NCBI RefSeq assembly: GCF_000737315.1
Contig: NZ_JMCB01000002.1
Span: forward strand, 496,001 to 560,000
Origin: Hyalangium minutum
GTDB lineage: Bacteria > Myxococcota > Myxococcia > Myxococcales > Myxococcaceae
DNA: 64,000 bases
Direction of reading: 5' to 3'
Shown here piece after piece: positions 45,371 to 55,700 of the stretch (position 1 is its first letter; each line of letters begins with the position of its first letter). The notes under the pieces are model-generated. The model was not told the DNA's origin and did not search any database. It saw nothing but the letters and a program-made list of their open reading frames with translations. Both the position numbers and the translations under genes were made by a program.

Positions 45371-48205
45371 TCAGGGAGCTCCAGCCCCCACCACCAGCGC
45401 AGGCGTGGTGCGGAAGAGGTAGGAGCCGTCTCCCAGCTGGCCCTCCCAGTTGAGGCCAAAGGACGACAGCGTGCCGGTGCTCTGGGTCAGCGCCAGTGAG
45501 TACGCCTTGCTCGCGGCGACGCTCCGCCCTCCGCTCAGTCCCAGCACCTTCTTGGGCGTGGGGTTGTTGTAGGAGACGGAGAAGAGATCCCCTCCGCCCA
45601 ACTGGCCATCGTAGCCCTCGCCCCAGGCCCACACGGTGCCGTCGGACTTCACCGCCAGCGAGTGGCTGTAACCCGCGGCCACCGCCACCACGCCTGTCAG
45701 CCCCACCACCTGCACCGGGGTGTTGCGCGAGGTCGTCGTCCCGTCGCCTAGCCGGCCCGAGCCGTTGTACCCCCAGGCCCACACGGTGCCGTCGGACTTC
45801 AGCGCCAGCGAGTGATCCTCTCCCGCGGCCACCGCCACCACGCCCGTCAGCCCCACCACCGGCACCGGCGTGAGGCGGCGCACCGTCGTCGTCCCATCGC
45901 CCAGCTGGCCAATGTTGTTGTGGCCAATGGCCGACACCGTCCCGTTCGTGTGCAGCACCAGGGTGTGGCGGCTGCCTCCCGCTGCCGCCCTCACGCCCGT
46001 CAGCCCCGCCACCTGCACGGGCAAGGAGCGGCCGGTCATCGTCCCATCGCCCAGCTGGCCAAAGTCGTTGAAGCCCCAGGTCCACAACGTCCCATCCGAC
46101 TTCACCGCCAGCGAGTGGCTATCGCCCGTGGCGATGGCGCTCACGCCCGACAGAGTCGTCACCTGCACGGGGTTGTCATAGATGAAGCCCGAGGGGCCGA
46201 CTCCGATTTGCCCATAGGAATTGGAACCCCAGGACCACACGCTGCCGTCGGACTTCAGCGCCAGCGAGTGCTTCTGTCCCGCCGCCGCCGCCGTCACGTT
46301 GGCCAGCCCCGTCACCAGCGCGGGTGCGTGCTGCTGGGTGCGGGCACGTCCCAGCACGTACGAGTTGAGCGTGCCCGCTCCCCACGACCACAGCGTTCCA
46401 TCCGAGCGTACCGCCAGCCCGTGCCAGTAGCCCGCCGACACCTGCGTCACATTCGACAGGTTCACCACGGGCACCGCTGTGGCGCTCTTCATCCGCTGCC
46501 CGTCTCCCAGCTGGTACAGCTCGTTGTTGCCCCAGGCCCAGGTCCTGCCGTCGGAGTCCCTCGCCAACGAGTGGCGGGTGCCGGCCGCCACCGCCACCAC
46601 GCCGCTCAGGCTGGGCACCTGAACCGGCGTGAAGCGCGAGGAGGTGGTTCCATCTCCCAGCTGGCCGTAGCTGTTGTCGCCCCAGGCCCAGACCGTGCCA
46701 TCGGACTTCAGCGCCAACGAGTGCTCCATCCCCGCCGCCACCGCCACGACGACACCCGTCAGCCCCACCACCTGCACCGGCGTGAAGCGCGAGGAGGTGC
46801 TTCCGTCGCCCAGCTGGCCACGGCTGTTGTAGCCCCAGGCCCACACGGTGCCGTCTGACTTCAACGCCAGGGAGTGCTCCACCCCCGCCGCCACCGCCAC
46901 CACGCCCGTCAGCCCCGGCACCTGCACCGGCGTGAAGCGTGAGGTGGTGCTCCCATCCCCCAGCTCGCCCTGGCTGTTGTAGCCCCAGCTCCACACCTGG
47001 CCCGCTGAGTCCACGGCCAGGGAGTGGTGGCTGCCGGCTGCTACCTGCACCCCGTTGCTCAGGCCAGGCACTTGCGCGGGCAGCGTGCGCCCCAGGGTGG
47101 TGCCATCCCCAAGCTGGCCGTACTGGTTTCTGCCCCAGCTCCACACCGTGCCGTCACCGCGCACCGCCAGCGAGTAGTGGTTGCCCCCGGCCAGCGCAAT
47201 CACTGAGTCCAGGCCTACCACCTGTTCCGGAGTATCGCTGGCGTTGAACGTGGTCCCATTGCCCAACTCGCCATCGGTGTTGCTGCCCCAGGCCCACACC
47301 GTCGCGTCCGTCTTCAGGGCCAGCTTGTGCCCGGTCCCCGAGACCACGGACACCGCATCACTCAGCTCCCACACCTGCCGTCCCTGGGCCCGGTAGGCAC
47401 TGTAGTCCGTCGTGTAGCTTCCGCTCTTGCCGCCCCAGCTCCACACCGTGCCATCCGCCGCGAGGTTCACGGAAGTCTCTGTGCCACCCGCCACGAGGGA
47501 AGGGCGCACGGGAGCAGGGGGCGGCGGCGGTGGCGGCGGCTCGGAGGTCCCGACGCCGAAGGCCAGATCGTCGCGATCATCGTAACCGCCGCTGCTGCAG
47601 GGATTGGCCTCTCCCCCGTAGCGGAAGACGGCGCGCACCGCCTGCACGCTGCCGCCTTCGGAAGGCAGGGTGGCGTTGGCCGTCAGCACCTGAACTCCGG
47701 CCCCGGCCGGCGTCAGCGTGGTGACGTACGTCCACGAGGGGTTGCTCGCATCCGCCGCCAGGTAGAGGTCCAGGTGATCCGCGGTGTAGCCGGACCAGGC
47801 CCAGACGGTGGCCTCGATGGTCACTTCCTTCCCGGGTGCCAGGGCGCTGTCATCCGGGGTGGAGACCTTCAGCCGATCCAGCGATTCGTCGCCGTGGAAG
47901 AGGCCCGAGTCGCCGTCCGCACAGGTCCCGCCCAGCGTGTTGGGAGCATTAGGCTCTGCACCCAGCTGCCCGCGGCCCAGCACCAGAGAGGGGCCCGTGT
48001 CGCAGCCCGAAGCCCCCGCCGCACATGTGGGCACCTGCAGCACCGCATCGAAGCTCGCCGTCTCCACCAACGCCGCTGCGGTGGCCGTGGGCTGACGTAA
48101 CCCCGTCTGCTCCTGCTGCGCCGTGGCCTCCGGTGCGGCTCCGCATCCCGTTGCCAGCGCTCCCAGCAGCAGCCATCCCATTCTCCACTTCTTTGATGTT
48201 CGCAT
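45371..48205 (-). CDS. Lipoprotein with N-terminal Cys-containing beta-domain and 14 RCC1-like repeats
   Basis: Lipobox LATGC; repeats of [22 protein letters not shown]; PPPPPPP linker. Confidence 0.9.
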   Translation of the reverse strand: MRTSKKWRMGWLLLGALATGCGAAPEATAQQEQTGLRQPTATAAALVETASFDAVLQVPTCAAGASGCDTGPSLVLGRGQLGAEPNAPNTLGGTCADGDSGLFHGDESLDRLKVSTPDDSALAPGKEVTIEATVWAWSGYTADHLDLYLAADASNPSWTYVTTLTPAGAGVQVLTANATLPSEGGSVQAVRAVFRYGGEANPCSSGGYDDRDDLAFGVGTSEPPPPPPPPAPVRPSLVAGGTETSVNLAADGTVWSWGGKSGSYTTDYSAYRAQGRQVWELSDAVSVVSGTGHKLALKTDATVWAWGSNTDGELGNGTTFNASDTPEQVVGLDSVIALAGGNHYSLAVRGDGTVWSWGRNQYGQLGDGTTLGRTLPAQVPGLSNGVQVAAGSHHSLAVDSAGQVWSWGYNSQGELGDGSTTSRFTPVQVPGLTGVVAVAAGVEHSLALKSDGTVWAWGYNSRGQLGDGSTSSRFTPVQVVGLTGVVVAVAAGMEHSLALKSDGTVWAWGDNSYGQLGDGTTSSRFTPVQVPSLSGVVAVAAGTRHSLARDSDGRTWAWGNNELYQLGDGQRMKSATAVPVVNLSNVTQVSAGYWHGLAVRSDGTLWSWGAGTLNSYVLGRARTQQHAPALVTGLANVTAAAAGQKHSLALKSDGSVWSWGSNSYGQIGVGPSGFIYDNPVQVTTLSGVSAIATGDSHSLAVKSDGTLWTWGFNDFGQLGDGTMTGRSLPVQVAGLTGVRAAAGGSRHTLVLHTNGTVSAIGHNNIGQLGDGTTTVRRLTPVPVVGLTGVVAVAAGEDHSLALKSDGTVWAWGYNGSGRLGDGTTTSRNTPVQVVGLTGVVAVAAGYSHSLAVKSDGTVWAWGEGYDGQLGGGDLFSVSYNNPTPKKVLGLSGGRSVAASKAYSLALTQSTGTLSSFGLNWEGQLGDGSYLFRTTPALVVGAGAP

Positions 48206-48382
48206 CCTCTTGAATTTCCTTCGTGACTGACACGCGCTCCGCGTGCTGACCGGCCCGGGTCAGGAGAGACGTGGCTTCCGAGTTAAAAATTCAAAAGACG
48301 AATAACCTTCTGGTGCAGGTGGGGGCTTGTCGCGGCGCGTCCCGCTTCAAAACTTGAGCCCCACGAGGGGAAGCCCACATCC

Positions 48383-49201
48383 ATGGCAGAGCACATCATC
48401 TACCTGCTGGGACCTTTTCAGGTGCCCGGCTTGGGGCAGGAGCGCCACGTGCGCGTGTACGCGCCGAACGAAGCGGCGGGTGGCGCGCCGGTGCTGTTCA
48501 TGTTCGATGGACAGAACATCTTCCACGACGCGCCCTCGTTCTCGGGCGGCTGGTATGTCCATCACGCGGTGAAGCAGTTGGCGGAGCAAGGGCTGCCGGC
48601 GCCGGTCATTGTCGGGATCGACCACGGCGGCTCCTCGCGGCTCGACGAGCTGTCGCCCTTCACCTCGGGAGACAGCGCGGGGCGGGCGGACGACCTGCTC
48701 GCGTGGGTGAAGGCGGAGCTGGCGCCGAGGATCGCTCAGGAGTTCAAGGTGCGGACGGATCCGGCGGGCACCGCTGTGGGCGGCTCGTCGATGGGCGGCC
48801 TTGCCGCGCTCTACGCGCACTTCCGCCATCCGGACCTGTTCGGCGCAGCACTGTGCATGTCGCCCTCCTTCTGGTTCGCGGAGGGGAAGATCTTCGACTA
48901 CGTCTCCGCACAGCCGAAGCCCTGGACCTCACGCATCTATATCGACGCAGGCGCCCGGGAGGACGGGGGCTCGGTGGTCGCCGACGCGGAGCGCATGGTT
49001 CGCCACCTGCGCGAGCGTGGCTGGGACGAGCGCTCGCTCTGCTGGATCGCGGACAAGGACGGGAACCACAGCGAGCACGACTGGCGCAAACGCGCGCCCT
49101 CCGCGCTCCAGTTTCTCTTCACTGGAACTCCGGGTCCGCGCCCCGAAGCACCCGAGTCCTCGCCGACGCCCGCAGGTGAGGGGGCCCCGCCTCCCGCGTA
49201 G
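48383..49201 (+). CDS. Putative esterase (alpha/beta hydrolase)
   Basis: MFDGQN, GGSSMGG nucleophile elbow, HSEHDW. Confidence 0.88.
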   Translation: MAEHIIYLLGPFQVPGLGQERHVRVYAPNEAAGGAPVLFMFDGQNIFHDAPSFSGGWYVHHAVKQLAEQGLPAPVIVGIDHGGSSRLDELSPFTSGDSAGRADDLLAWVKAELAPRIAQEFKVRTDPAGTAVGGSSMGGLAALYAHFRHPDLFGAALCMSPSFWFAEGKIFDYVSAQPKPWTSRIYIDAGAREDGGSVVADAERMVRHLRERGWDERSLCWIADKDGNHSEHDWRKRAPSALQFLFTGTPGPRPEAPESSPTPAGEGAPPPA

Positions 49202-49343
49202 CGCCGCGCCGGCCGCTGTGCTGGCTGCCGGGCCTGGCGCGAGCCCAGCCCGGGTTTCAAGCCGACTACGACCGGAAGCAAGGGCGCAGGGGTTCCTCAC
49301 GGACGCGCGGGAATGCTGGCGCCTGCTGGCCGCGCTTCTGACG

Positions 49344-50480
49344 TCAGCGGCCTTGGCTCTCGAGGCCCGCGCCCACGTGCCTGGGCAGGCGGAGACGGAA
49401 CGTGGTGCCTTCGGCGCGCGAGGAATGGACGTCCACCTCGCCGCCGTGAGCGCGAGCGATGTGGTCCACGATGTAGAGGCCCAGGCCCACGCTGCGGCTC
49501 GCGCCGTCTCTGTGGGCGACACCGCGCTGCATCGGCTGGAAGAGGCGAGCACGAAGCTCGGAGGAGATGGGCTCCCCCTCGTTGTGGACCTCGAGCGTCA
49601 AGACGTCCCCCTCGTCTCGCGTCCTCACCGTGACGGGCGTGCCGTGGGGGCTGTAGCGGAGGGCGTTCACCACGAGGTTGTCCACCGCCTGGGCCAGCCG
49701 ATCGGGATCCCACTCGCCCCCGCTCTCGCCCTCGTAGTGCGTCCGGAGCTCCCGGCCCGGGTGCGTGACTTGTGCCTCCTCGACGACCTGTTGCACCAAC
49801 TCCCGGAGGAACACCGGCTTGCGCTCGACCCGCATGCCCCCACCCATCCGCGCCTGGGTGAAGTCGAGCAGGTCGCGAATCATTCGCGCTGCGCGCTCGC
49901 CCGAGGACTGGATGCGCAAGATCGACTTCGTGACACGCGCGTCCAGGTCATCCCGCTTCAAGACAGCGCTCGACGCCAGGAGGATGGCGTTCAGCGGATT
50001 GCGCAGATCATGGCTCACGATCCCGATGAGCTGCTGCTCGAACTCGGCGCGTGCGCGGAGTTCCGCCTCGGCGCGCTTGCGCTCGGCCTTCTCATGCGCT
50101 TCGCGCAGCGCGCGCTCGACACTCGGGACCAGGCGCTCCAGCCGGTCTTTGAGGACGTAGTCCGTGGCCCCCCGCTTGAGCAACTCGATGGCTCGTTCTT
50201 CTCCCAGCGCTCCCGAGACAAAGAGGAAGGGCACGTCAGGACAGGAGCGCTGGGCCACGGCGAGCGCCGTCAGCCCGTCAAACCCGGGGACGTTGTAGTC
50301 CGAGAGGATGAGATCCGAGCGGCCGCCAGCGAGGGCCGCTTTGAAGCCCGCCTGTCCGGACGCCCGGGTGAGCTCGAAGTCGAGCCCACCCTCTTCCAGG
50401 ACAGCTTCGATGAGCTGCGCGTCCTGAGGACTGTCCTCCAAGAGGAGGATGCGCAGCGGCCTGCTCCTGAGCTGTGTCAT
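49344..50480 (-). CDS. Hybrid response regulator-histidine kinase
   Basis: REC (LLLED, ILSDY, YVLK) + SHDLRNPL, NALRY, GLGL; ATGA overlap with the upstream kinase. Confidence 0.9.
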   Translation of the reverse strand: MTQLRSRPLRILLLEDSPQDAQLIEAVLEEGGLDFELTRASGQAGFKAALAGGRSDLILSDYNVPGFDGLTALAVAQRSCPDVPFLFVSGALGEERAIELLKRGATDYVLKDRLERLVPSVERALREAHEKAERKRAEAELRARAEFEQQLIGIVSHDLRNPLNAILLASSAVLKRDDLDARVTKSILRIQSSGERAARMIRDLLDFTQARMGGGMRVERKPVFLRELVQQVVEEAQVTHPGRELRTHYEGESGGEWDPDRLAQAVDNLVVNALRYSPHGTPVTVRTRDEGDVLTLEVHNEGEPISSELRARLFQPMQRGVAHRDGASRSVGLGLYIVDHIARAHGGEVDVHSSRAEGTTFRLRLPRHVGAGLESQGR

Positions 50481-52603
50481 GGGGAGAGTCCGTGCCCCTC
50501 CCCTGGCGCACCCACGCTCGGCAGAGTGAAGTGGAACGTGGCTCCCTCGCCTGGGACGCCCTCGGCCCACGTGCGGCCCCCGTGGCGCTGCACGACGCGG
50601 CGCACGTTCGCCAGCCCGATGCCCGTGCCTTCGAACTCATCGACGGTGTGAAGCCGCTGAAAGACACCGAAGAGCTTACCGACATACTGCATGTCGAAGC
50701 CCACCCCGTTGTCGCGCACGACGACCTCTGTTTCACCCGGGAGCGCACGCGCGGAGATCTCAATGACAGCCTCTGGCGTCCTCCGGGTGTACTTGAGGGC
50801 GTTGGCCAACAGGTTCCTGAAGACGTGCCGCAGCAGCGCCGCGTCCCCTTGGACCTGCGGGAGGGCTTCCACCTTCCATGTCACCCGGCGGCCTTCCACG
50901 TCGAGCAAGAGCTCTCTCCGCACTTCCTCCACCAGCGCGCTCAAGGAGACAGGCGCCATACGCATCTCCGCGCGCCCCATGCGGCTGAAGGTGAGCAGGT
51001 CGTCAACGAGCTGCCCCCCCTTCTGAGCGGCCTCCGAAATGGTCTTCAAATAGTCCTGGGCCTTGGCGTCGAGGATCGCCTGGGTGCGCTTTTCCAGCAG
51101 TTGGGCGAAGCCTGTGATGTGGCGCAGCGGGGCGCGCAGATCGTGGGACACCGAGTAGCTGAAGGCCTCCAGCTCCCGGTTGGCCTCTTCCAGCTCCCGG
51201 GTCCGCTCCTCCACCCGTCTCTCGAGGGTGGAGTTGAGCTCGCGGATCCTTGCTTCCGCAGCCTTCCGCTCGGAGATGTCGAAGAAGGAGGCCACCACAC
51301 CGGACGTGCCTCCTCCGGGGTTTGGCAGTGGCAGGGCGTTGATGACCAGCCATACGAGGCTGCCATCCGGCCGGTGCACCCCCATCAGCGTGCCCAGCTG
51401 GGGCCTGCCGGTCTGGAGGGCTACGACGGGCGGGTGCTCTTCCGCGGGGAAGTGGGTGCCGTCCTCACGGACAGGGCGCCAGCGCGGGTCCGCCGGGGTG
51501 CGGCCCATCATCTGCTTTGTGCTGAGCCCCAGCAGCTGCTCGGCGGCGGCGTTCGCGAAGCGGATCGCCCCCTCCGCGTCCTGCAAGGTGATGCCCTCCG
51601 CGAGCGACGCGACAATCGTGCGCAGCAGGGCTTCGCTCTCCCGCAGCGCGTGCTGAGCGCGTTGTTGCTCGACGGCGCCCGCCAGCTCGCGGGCCACGGC
51701 CTCGAAGAACGCCTGGTACTTCTCGTCGAACCTCAAGCGCGGGCTGATGCCGAGCACCAGCGCGCCCGCGGCCGCGTGGGCCGGAGAGCGCCGGAGCGGG
51801 AGCACCATCGCCGATCGTGTCGGCTCTGGCCATGGGCCCGTGTGGCTGCGCCCCAGCAGCGCTTCGAGATCGTCCACCCTCGCCGCCAGTCCAGGCTCGA
51901 ACGACTGCTCTACCGTCGTCCGCAGCGACTCTGGCAGCGAGTCCAACCCAGGGTGCGCCACGGGCTCCAGCCTGTGAGCAGCCGCGTTCCACAGGTACAC
52001 CACCGCGAAGGGGAGATCCTGCGCGTTTCCGCGGAAGGCGGCGGTGGCCTCGCCAATCACCTCGGCCTGAGTCGTGGCCCGGGGCGCGATGGCGCGCAGC
52101 GTGGCGAGCCTCCGCTCCGCGAGTACCTCCTCGGTCACTTCGTTGACGGGCTGCAGGAAGCCGTTGATCCGGCCGTCGTCATCCCGGAGCGGAACGAAGG
52201 AGAACGTGAAGTAGGCCTCCTCCGTGAAGCCATGACGCGTGACCGGGATGAGCGTCTTGTGCACCTGGATGACTTCGCCCTGATCCAACACCCGCCGCAT
52301 CCACGGATAGATGGTGGGGTAGGTGTCCGGCCAGCAGTCGCGGTAGGAGGAGCCCAGGTGCTGGGGGTGCCGCGGTCCCATGATGACGGAGTAGCCCGCG
52401 TTGTAGATTTGAGTCTGCTCGGGCCCCCAGAAGATGATGGCGGGCGTGGGCAGCCGCAGAATCATGTCGGTGTAGCCCTGGAGCCGCTGGGGCCACGACT
52501 CGGGCGGGCCGAGGCCCGCAGCCGACCAGTCGTGCCGGCGAATGCGCTCACCCATCTCCCCGCAGTCTTCAAGGAATCCTGGAGCGCCTTGGGCGTCCGA
52601 CAT
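50477..52603 (-). CDS. PAS/GAF sensor histidine kinase (Cph1-like transmitter)
   Basis: GEMGERIRRHDWS N-terminal module, PAS, FSYSVSHDLRAPLRHI, FGVFQRLH, GTGIGLA. Confidence 0.9.
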   Translation of the reverse strand: MSDAQGAPGFLEDCGEMGERIRRHDWSAAGLGPPESWPQRLQGYTDMILRLPTPAIIFWGPEQTQIYNAGYSVIMGPRHPQHLGSSYRDCWPDTYPTIYPWMRRVLDQGEVIQVHKTLIPVTRHGFTEEAYFTFSFVPLRDDDGRINGFLQPVNEVTEEVLAERRLATLRAIAPRATTQAEVIGEATAAFRGNAQDLPFAVVYLWNAAAHRLEPVAHPGLDSLPESLRTTVEQSFEPGLAARVDDLEALLGRSHTGPWPEPTRSAMVLPLRRSPAHAAAGALVLGISPRLRFDEKYQAFFEAVARELAGAVEQQRAQHALRESEALLRTIVASLAEGITLQDAEGAIRFANAAAEQLLGLSTKQMMGRTPADPRWRPVREDGTHFPAEEHPPVVALQTGRPQLGTLMGVHRPDGSLVWLVINALPLPNPGGGTSGVVASFFDISERKAAEARIRELNSTLERRVEERTRELEEANRELEAFSYSVSHDLRAPLRHITGFAQLLEKRTQAILDAKAQDYLKTISEAAQKGGQLVDDLLTFSRMGRAEMRMAPVSLSALVEEVRRELLLDVEGRRVTWKVEALPQVQGDAALLRHVFRNLLANALKYTRRTPEAVIEISARALPGETEVVVRDNGVGFDMQYVGKLFGVFQRLHTVDEFEGTGIGLANVRRVVQRHGGRTWAEGVPGEGATFHFTLPSVGAPGEGHGLSP

Positions 52604-52792
52604 GTTGCTTGTGTAGCCGGTGAGCCCCCCGTGCCGAAGTCCCAGCACGGTGAGAAGGAGCGGATCGCAAACTTCTCAACGTTTCCCAGACGCTCCTCAA
52701 GCCTCGGCAGAGGAAGCACGCAGGCGAGCGGTCTCTTGGATCGCTGCAACTCCATCCACCCTGACGAGGGGTGTGTGGTATCGCCTGCGTGA

Positions 52793-55700
52793 ATGGGCCA
52801 TTCGACCCCTCCTCACGACACGGCACCCCGCCCCTCTTCCACGCCCGAGCAGCCAGACACGCCCCAGCGCGAGGCGGCGGCGGTGCTCGTCGCTGGGGGC
52901 GAGATGGGCGCCCTCATGCGCTCCATCGACTGGGCTCAGACGCCCGTGGGCCCACCGGAGACGTGGCCTCAGTCTCTGCGGACGGCGGTGAGCATCCTGC
53001 TCGAATCGCGCTTTCCGATGTACATCGCGTGGGGACCTCAGTTCGTCCAGTTCTACAACGATGGGTACCGGCCGATTCTCGGCTCGACCAAGCATCCCGC
53101 CGCCATGGGCCGCAGCGCCCAGGCCACGTTCGAGGAGAGCTGGCACATCATCGGCCCGATGTTCGAGGGAGTGCGGCACGGGACGGCGGTCGGCTCCGAG
53201 GATTGGATGCTCCCGCTGGACCGCAATGGCTACCTCGAGGAGTGCTACTTCACCTTCTCGTACAGCCCGATCCGAGACGAGAGTGGGGGCATCGGAGGTG
53301 TTCTTGTCACCGTCACCGAGACGACCGGCCGAGTGCTGGGCGAGCGGCGGCTGCGGACGCTGAGAGACCTGGCGGCGCGCGTGGGCCCGGTGAAGCGGGA
53401 GCACGATGCGTGGCGAGAAGCAGCCCAGGCGCTCGAGGGCAACGCCTTTGACGTTCCCTTCGCCTTGCTGTACCGGCTCAGGGACGCGGACGCGGGGCCC
53501 GAGCTGGTGGCGACGGCCGGCTGGGAGACAGATACCGCCGCCGCTGTCTCGCTCTTCGGCGCAGCTTCAGCAAACCCGCCGTGGCCCTTCGCGGAGGCGG
53601 CCGCAACCCAGCGCCCCCAGCTCGTCCCGGAGCTTCGCGCCCGCTTCGCGCAGCTGCCCAGCGGCCCCTGGCCGGAGGCTCCTCACTCGGCCCTGGTCCT
53701 ACCGATTGCCCGTCCGGGCGCTCAGCGCCTCGATGGCTTTTTCGTCGCGGGCTTGAGCGCGCGGCGCGCCCCCGACGACGACTACCGTGGATTTCTGGGG
53801 CTGGTGGCGGACCACATCGCCACCTCCATCAGCAGCGCCCGCGCCTACGAGGAGGAGAGGAAGCGGGCGGAAGCCCTGGCCGAGCTGGACCGCACCAAGA
53901 CCGCCTTCTTCAACAACGTCAGCCACGAGCTGCGCACCCCGCTCACGCTGATGCTCGGGCCCGTCGAAGAAGCCCTGGCGGACACTGCCCATCCCCTCGT
54001 CCCCGAGCAGCGGGAGCGGCAGGAGATGGTCCTCCGCAACGGCCTGCGCCTGCGCAAGCTCGTCAACACGATGCTCGACTTCGCCCGCCTGGAGGCCGGG
54101 CGCACCCAGGCCCTCTTCGTCCCCACGGACCTCTCCTCCCTCACGCTCGAGCTCGTGAGCAACTTCGACTCCGCGATGGCGTCCGCCGGGCTCACGCTGG
54201 TGTCCGACTGCCCCGCGCTCCCCGTACCCGTCTACGTAGATCCGGCCATGTGGGAGAAGGTTGTCCTGAACCTCCTCTCCAACGCCTTGAAGTTCACCCA
54301 CCAGGGAGAGATCCGCATCGCGCTGAGGTGGCTCGGCGATCACGTGGAGCTCACCGTCCAGGACACGGGCATCGGCATGCCGGCGGAGGAGTTGCCCCGC
54401 ATCTTCGATCGCTTCCACCGGGTCCAGGGCTCGCAAGGGCGCAGCCACGAGGGCACGGGCATCGGGCTCGCGCTGGTGCAGGAGCTGGTCAAGCTGCACG
54501 GCGGGAGGGTGACGGTGACGAGTGTGCTCCACAAGGGGAGCACGTTCACGGTGAGCCTCCCCACGGGCTCTGGGCACCTCCCCCAGGAGCAGCTGGGAAC
54601 TTCCCAGGCGCGCCCCCCCACCGGGAGTGGAGCGGACGAGTTCCTCGCGGAGGCCTCCTCCTGGAATGAAGCCGAGGCTTCCGCAGCCAGCCCTCGAGCT
54701 GACGCCCGGATCTTGTTGGCGGACGACAACGCCGACATGCGGACCTACCTCTCGCGTCTCCTGTCGCAGCACTGGACCGTGGAGGCGGCGAGCACGGGCG
54801 CACAGGCCCTCGCCGCCGCGCGGGCCCATCCTCCCAGCCTCATCATCTCCGACGTGATGATGCCCGGGATGAGCGGCTTGGAGCTGGTTCAAGCCCTGCG
54901 CGCGGACAGCCGCACCCGCACCATTCCCATCCTGCTCCTGTCCGCACGCGCGGGCGAAGAGGCCACCATCCAGGGGTTCGGCAGCGGCGCGGACGAGTAC
55001 CTCGCCAAGCCCTTCTCCGCGAAGGAGCTCCTGGCGCGCGTCACCGCGCTGCTCACGGTCTCGCGGCTGCGCCAGGAGGCGGTCCACGCGGAGCGCGCCC
55101 ACACGGAGGACACCCAGCGCTTTCTCGAGGAGTCCCGCCGCGCCACACGCCTCCGAGAGGAGATGCTCGCCGTCGTCAGCCACGATTTGCGCTCGCCGCT
55201 CACCGCCATTCGCACCTCCGCGGAGCTCCTCCAGCGGCTGTCCCCGGAGGGTGAATTGCTCGCCCGCGTGCGCAAGCAGGCGGACACGATCCGGCGCTCC
55301 GCCGACCGGATGAACCGGCTCATCGAGGACCTGCTCGATCTGGCGAGCATCGATGCCGGAACGCTCTCCATTGCGGCCCAAGCGCAGCCGGCCGAGGAGC
55401 TCGCCCGTGATGTCCGGGAGCTCTTCGAGCCTCCAGCGGCCGAGAAAGGCGTGCAGCTCGTCTTCGAGGTGGAGCCGGGGCTCGTTCTGTGGTGCGACAA
55501 GGAACGAATCCTCCAAGCGCTCGGGAATCTGCTCTCCAACGCGATCAAGTTCACGCCCCCGGGGGGCAGCATCCACCTGCGGGCCGAGGCCGAGGCCGGG
55601 ACCGGGGCTGTCCGCCTCAGCGTCACGGACACCGGCCCGGGGATCCCCCCCGCCGAGCAACCGCACATCTTCGATCGCTATTGGCACGGGGCTCAGCGCA

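Noticed and set aside
45371-47460. CRISPR-like periodic repeats
   Set aside because: The repeats are in-frame RCC1 coding units with degenerate third positions, and no cas genes are present. The same applies to the PKD repeats at 21.6-24.4 kb.
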